Shown: positions 59,988-64,000 of the stretch, one piece after another | Layout: every line of letters starts with the position of its first letter | How positions within the stretch are numbered: the first letter of the stretch is position 1 | The notes under the pieces: generated by a model | Database searches by the model: none | Seen by the model: the letters and a program-made list of their open reading frames with translations, nothing else | What the model was told of the DNA's origin: nothing | Made by a program: the position numbers and the translations under genes | Source of the DNA: an uncultured Planctomycetota bacterium | GTDB taxonomy: Bacteria; Planctomycetota; Planctomycetia; Pirellulales; Lacipirellulaceae | Length of the DNA stretch: 64,000 nucleotides | Assembly: GCA_963719315.1 (NCBI GenBank) | Contig: CAVRBU010000006.1 | Location: 96,001-160,000, forward strand | Direction of reading: 5' to 3'

Positions 59988-60070
59988 GGTGTCGGGTGTC
60001 GGGTGTCGGGTGTCGGGTGTCGGGTGTCGGGTGTCGGGTGTCGGGATCTAAACTCTGACACCTGACACCT
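59988..60070. repeat. (GGTGTCG)x8 tandem repeat with a short inverted partner (CTGACAC)x2
   Basis: Eight perfect heptamers at 59988-60043; CTGACACCTGACACCT at 60055-60070. Confidence 0.95.
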
Positions 60071-60076
60071 TCCTCC

Positions 60077-61819
60077 TCACACTGGCAATTCCGGCAGGGC
60101 TTTTGATAACTCCTCTTTCAGATAGGTTTTCACGTCGCGTGCGCTTTCTAGTTCGAGCGCGCGTTTGGCCACGCGCTCGCATCCGGAGACGGAGACGCGG
60201 CGGCAGACTTGTTTGATTTCGGGGATGGCGGCCGGCGTGACGCTGAGGCTCCGCAGGCCGATGCCGAGCAGCAGCATCGTGTACAGCGGATTGCCGCACA
60301 TTTGGCCGCACATGCTGATCGGCACTTCGAACTTCTTGGCGGTGCGAACCGACATATCGATCAGCCGCAAAACGGACGGATCGGCCCCCGTATACAGACC
60401 GGCGACGTCTTTGTTGCTGCGATCGACGGCGAGCGCGTACTGAATAAGGTCGTTCGTGCCGATGCTGAAGAAGTCCACCTCTTCGGCAAAGTGATCGAGC
60501 ATCATAACGGCGGAGGGCACTTCGACCATCATGCCGACTTTCATATCGCGATCGAACGGCGTGCCTTCCTCCTCCAGGTCTTCACGGGCTTCGCGGAGCA
60601 GCGTTTTGGCGTGCTTGAGTTCGAGCAGCGTGCTCACGAGCGGGAACATGATGCTGATGTTGCCGGTCGTGCTGGCTCGCAGGATGGCCCGCAGTTGCTT
60701 GCGGAACATGTCGGGGTGTTTCAAGGCGAGGCGAATGCTGCGGAGGCCAAGAAAGGGATTGTCTTCGTCTTCCGGAAAGGGGAAGCCAGGCATCTTATCG
60801 GCGCCCAGGTCGATCGTACGCAAAACGACGGGCTTGTCGCGGAGCGCCGTGGCAACGGCGGTGTAGGCCGAAGTTTGCTCTTCTTCGGTCGGCTCGGTGT
60901 CGCGCGAGAGGAACAGAAACTCGGTGCGGTACAGGCCGATGCCGTTGGCGCCGCGATTCTGGCACTGATCGACTTCGTACGGGAACTCGATGTTCCCGAG
61001 GAGTTGGATGCGGACGCCATCGGCCGTTTCGGCGGGCAGGTCGCGGAGCTTTTCGAGCTTGGCGGTGTGGGAGCGATACTGCACGACCTCATGCCGATAG
61101 CGGGCGATCGTTTCCTCATCGGGATTCAGAATGACGAGGCCCTGATAGCCATCGATGATGGCCGTCTCGCCACCGGAGACGCTCGTCAGGAACGGCCCGA
61201 TGCCGACGACGGCCGGGATGCCGAGAGCTTCGGCAACGATCGCCGTGTGGCTGCCGGCGCCGCCGATTTCGGTGACGAAACCGCGGACATATTTCGGGTC
61301 GAGGTTCGAGGTTTCGCTGGGCGTAAGGGTATGGGCGAGAACGAGGACTTCCGCATTGATGTGGGCAAGTTCTTCGCGGCGTTTGCCGAAGAGGTGGCGG
61401 AGGAGGCGTTTTTCGATATCGAAAATGTCGGTCGCCCGTTCGGGCATGTAGTCGCCATCGAGCGACTGAATGATCTTGGCGTAGTGGCGCAGGGCGCGGC
61501 TGACCGAATATTCGGGCGAGTAGTGCCGCTGGCGGATCATTTCCTCCAGTTTGCCGCGGAGTCCGCGGTCGTTGAGCATTTGAATATGGGCCGAAAAGAT
61601 GGCGGCCGAATCCTTGCCGAGTTGCTCGGAGACGCGGTCGCGATGGCGCTCGATTTCGGCCGAGGCGGCGGCGATGGCCCGATTGAGGCGATCGAGCTCG
61701 TCTTCCACGGCGTCGCGAGGCAAGAACCGCCGAGGGATGCGGAACCCCTCGTTGTCCATGACAAGCACTTCGCCGATCGCCACGCCGGGCGAGACGGCAA
61801 TCCCTTGAAGACGTTCCAT
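60077..61819 (-). CDS. ptsI: Phosphoenolpyruvate-protein phosphotransferase (PTS enzyme I)
   Basis: SHTAIVA phospho-His, GIGLYRTE, NPFLGLR, MVEVP, SIGTNDL. Confidence 0.95.
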   Translation of the reverse strand: MERLQGIAVSPGVAIGEVLVMDNEGFRIPRRFLPRDAVEDELDRLNRAIAAASAEIERHRDRVSEQLGKDSAAIFSAHIQMLNDRGLRGKLEEMIRQRHYSPEYSVSRALRHYAKIIQSLDGDYMPERATDIFDIEKRLLRHLFGKRREELAHINAEVLVLAHTLTPSETSNLDPKYVRGFVTEIGGAGSHTAIVAEALGIPAVVGIGPFLTSVSGGETAIIDGYQGLVILNPDEETIARYRHEVVQYRSHTAKLEKLRDLPAETADGVRIQLLGNIEFPYEVDQCQNRGANGIGLYRTEFLFLSRDTEPTEEEQTSAYTAVATALRDKPVVLRTIDLGADKMPGFPFPEDEDNPFLGLRSIRLALKHPDMFRKQLRAILRASTTGNISIMFPLVSTLLELKHAKTLLREAREDLEEEGTPFDRDMKVGMMVEVPSAVMMLDHFAEEVDFFSIGTNDLIQYALAVDRSNKDVAGLYTGADPSVLRLIDMSVRTAKKFEVPISMCGQMCGNPLYTMLLLGIGLRSLSVTPAAIPEIKQVCRRVSVSGCERVAKRALELESARDVKTYLKEELSKALPELPV

Positions 61820-62147
61820 GTTGTTTCGCGATTCGACCGTCAACTTCGGGCGCGAAACGGAGCGTGCTGCGCGGGGCCGGCTCTTCCGAATTGAGCACGG
61901 CTGCGGTGCGCGCCCCGAGGCGATTAGCCCGGCATGGGGCCGCATCGGCGAGGGCAGAATTCCGCGAGCGATTTCGAAGAGGGCCGCGGAGCGCAGTCGC
62001 CGACGCGCCGGAATGCCGTCGCGTCGAGTTACAGGTCACCAAATATGTTGTTAAGTGTGCGATACGTAGCCGAGGTGAGGGCGCCAGGTTGGTGTTCATG
62101 GGCGGGACGACGGGCGTAGGGCCGTTCGCTTTCCCGCGATGCACGAA

Positions 62148-62462
62148 TTACTCAGGCGATTTTTCCTCAACTGGCTGTTTGTCGTCGTCACCCTGAAAAC
62201 CGCTCTCGGCGAGCGTTGCCAAAGCATCGACTGCTGCTTGGGCATCAGGACCTTCCGCTTCCAAAGTCAATTGGGTGCCTTTTCCAGCACCCAGTGTGAT
62301 CAGGTCAATAATGTTTCTGGCATCCACGCGGCGATCTTGGCGAATTACTTCAATGCGCGACTGGAATTTTGCCGCCAATTGCGCGAACAATTGCGCCGGG
62401 CGCACGTGCAATCCCAGTGTGTTTTGAATCAGTAGGTCACGTCGGATCGGGGAAGTTTGCAT
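62148..62462 (-). CDS. ptsH: HPr family phosphocarrier
   Basis: N.LGLHVRPA, VDARNI, AEGPDA. Confidence 0.9.
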   Translation of the reverse strand: MQTSPIRRDLLIQNTLGLHVRPAQLFAQLAAKFQSRIEVIRQDRRVDARNIIDLITLGAGKGTQLTLEAEGPDAQAAVDALATLAESGFQGDDDKQPVEEKSPE

Positions 62463-62565
62463 TTAGCGGCGTCGCTGGCTGCTAGCGTCGCGAGATTCGA
62501 CGGCGATCGCCGCGAACGGGCGACGCGGCTAAATGCACGCTTTGTAATTGTACGTGGACCGGTTT

Positions 62566-63042
62566 TTAGGATGAAAATTGATTGTTGTCGGCTTCTTCGA
62601 GTAGTTGCCAAACGTCTTCGGGTTTTTTGCTTTGCTTGAGGAAACGGCAGAACGTATCGTCGCGGAGTTGGCGGGAGATGTTTTCCAACGCCCGCAAGTG
62701 ATCGCCGGGGCGATCGGGCGGTGAGACCAGCAAGAACAATAGGTGGACCTTCTCGCCATCGAGGCTGTCGAAGTTCACGCCGTTTTCGCTGATCGCGACA
62801 GTGCCGATCAGCTTTTCGATCGACGGGTGCTTCGTGTGGGGGACGGCCACGCCTCGGCCGATGCCGGTACTGCCCAGTTCCTCGCGCTTCAAGATGGCTT
62901 CGACGATACTTTCGTAGTCTTTCTCGTTGATCTTCTTGGCTTCGAGCAAGGAGGTGGCCATCGCGCGAATTACGGCTGGCTTTTCGCCGGCCTGTAAATT
63001 GGTTCGGATCGCCTCACGGCATATGAAATCAGAGAACTTCAT
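62566..63042 (-). CDS. ptsN: PTS EIIA component (Ntr/Fru type)
   Basis: [27 protein letters not shown]. Confidence 0.9.
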   Translation of the reverse strand: MKFSDFICREAIRTNLQAGEKPAVIRAMATSLLEAKKINEKDYESIVEAILKREELGSTGIGRGVAVPHTKHPSIEKLIGTVAISENGVNFDSLDGEKVHLLFLLVSPPDRPGDHLRALENISRQLRDDTFCRFLKQSKKPEDVWQLLEEADNNQFSS

Positions 63043-63189
63043 CGTTCAATTCGCCTCGTCGGACCGATAACGGATAATTGCCTGTTGAAATCATCAACCG
63101 AGCCAACGACGGCGCGGCCAGCCATACTTTCACTGCTCATTTGCCAAAGATCGATTTTCCAACCACTCACAAGGCGGCGCCTGCGCCGC

Positions 63190-63540
63190 TTATTCCGCTT
63201 CTGGAATCGAAGTTGTTTCGCCGCGGCGAGGATCGCCCGTGCGATGCCGCTCCTGGACTTTTTCCTTGTACTTGCGAAGCTGCTGCTCCATCCGGTGCAC
63301 GACGGCGTCGACCGAACCCATCAGACTTTCAGACTGGTCGTGGGCGACAAAGTCGTGCTTGTGCTCGGCGGCAACGTTCAGATCGACCCGCGGATTGGCT
63401 TCATCCGTCAGATCGACGATGAATTCGATGGCGGTAAGCCGATCGAAAATCCGTAGCAGTTTTTCCGCCTTGGCCGTAATCTTCTGTTGCGACGCTTCGC
63501 TCAATTGACCATGTCGGGTGGAAATCTTTATCTGCACCAA
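63190..63540 (-). CDS. hpf: Ribosome hibernation promoting factor (HPF/RaiA)
   Basis: I.ISTRH, DAVV..MEQQLRKYKEK. Confidence 0.88.
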   Translation of the reverse strand: MVQIKISTRHGQLSEASQQKITAKAEKLLRIFDRLTAIEFIVDLTDEANPRVDLNVAAEHKHDFVAHDQSESLMGSVDAVVHRMEQQLRKYKEKVQERHRTGDPRRGETTSIPEAE

Positions 63541-63770
63541 GTCGTCCCCGTTGCCTCGTTTGCCAAGTCGCTCAACGCAGCGCCGCGCTGGATTGCCTTC
63601 ACAAACCGGCTATTCTAGCCTGATTCGCCCTGGCGGACAAACGGGGACTTTTCCGGGGAAAAGCAAGACAAGGAGACAGGAAGGCAGGGAGAGGGGGAGA
63701 CAAGGAGAAGAGGAGGCAATGAGATTCGGGTGCGAGGCGAATTACAATCGGCTTCGCGAATTCTACGGCC

Positions 63771-63868
63771 GGGGTGGCATGCCCTCGCTCGCGCAAACAT
63801 GCTCGCGCGAAGCGGAACGATGAACCGCGAGCGTGGGCATGTGGCGCTTCGCGGGAGCATGCCACCCC
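63771..63868. repeat. GGGTGGCATG-type REP doublet
   Basis: GGGGTGGCATGC...GCATGCCACCCC; related elements at 19441-19531 and 20736-20772. Confidence 0.75.
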
Positions 63869-64000
63869 ATCGCAGTCTCACTCGGTATTTCCGAGTGACA
63901 CCGGTTTCAACTCACCGGCCTCCAGGCGTGCCCGCCAGCGGCGGACGTTTTGCGTGCGCTCGGCCAGGTTGGCCGCGGGGTTCGGCATGAGCCGCTTCCC

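Overview
GC-rich bacterial chromosomal window. Gene content (PVC-type CxxCH heme protein, PQQ-like propeller, OprO/P porin, PEP-CTERM protein, ECF sigma/anti-sigma pair) suggests a Planctomycetota genome, probably Pirellulales-like; this is inference. The backbone carries LOG, tex, sppA, rlmN, a Dpp/Opp-type ABC transporter, class II ribonucleotide reductase nrdJ with tandem NrdR boxes, rplU, rne/rng and an hpf-ptsN-ptsH-ptsI cluster. It is overlaid by many small repeats: a REP-associated tyrosine transposase (RAYT) with an adjacent 3x ~98-bp REP array, many REP/REPIN families, and inverted 7-mer, 8-mer and 9-mer tandem-repeat pairs. Several repeats sit inside coding sequences. Main observations: (1) an islet with a nucleotidyltransferase and a small partner gene, bounded by a duplication of the nrdJ 3' end and its downstream hairpin; (2) a chimeric gene junction of the same topology in a 48.9-57.4 kb co-oriented accessory gene run; (3) REP and heptamer elements translated inside proteins; (4) a four-helix-bundle gene bounded by inverted heptamer arrays, with gene-less pairs elsewhere; (5) three stand-alone FliL-like paralogs. 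Two IS5-like elements have definable ends. Many genes show single frameshifts, more likely sequencing or assembly indels than true pseudogenes. No rRNA, tRNA, CRISPR array or reverse transcriptase was recognised.
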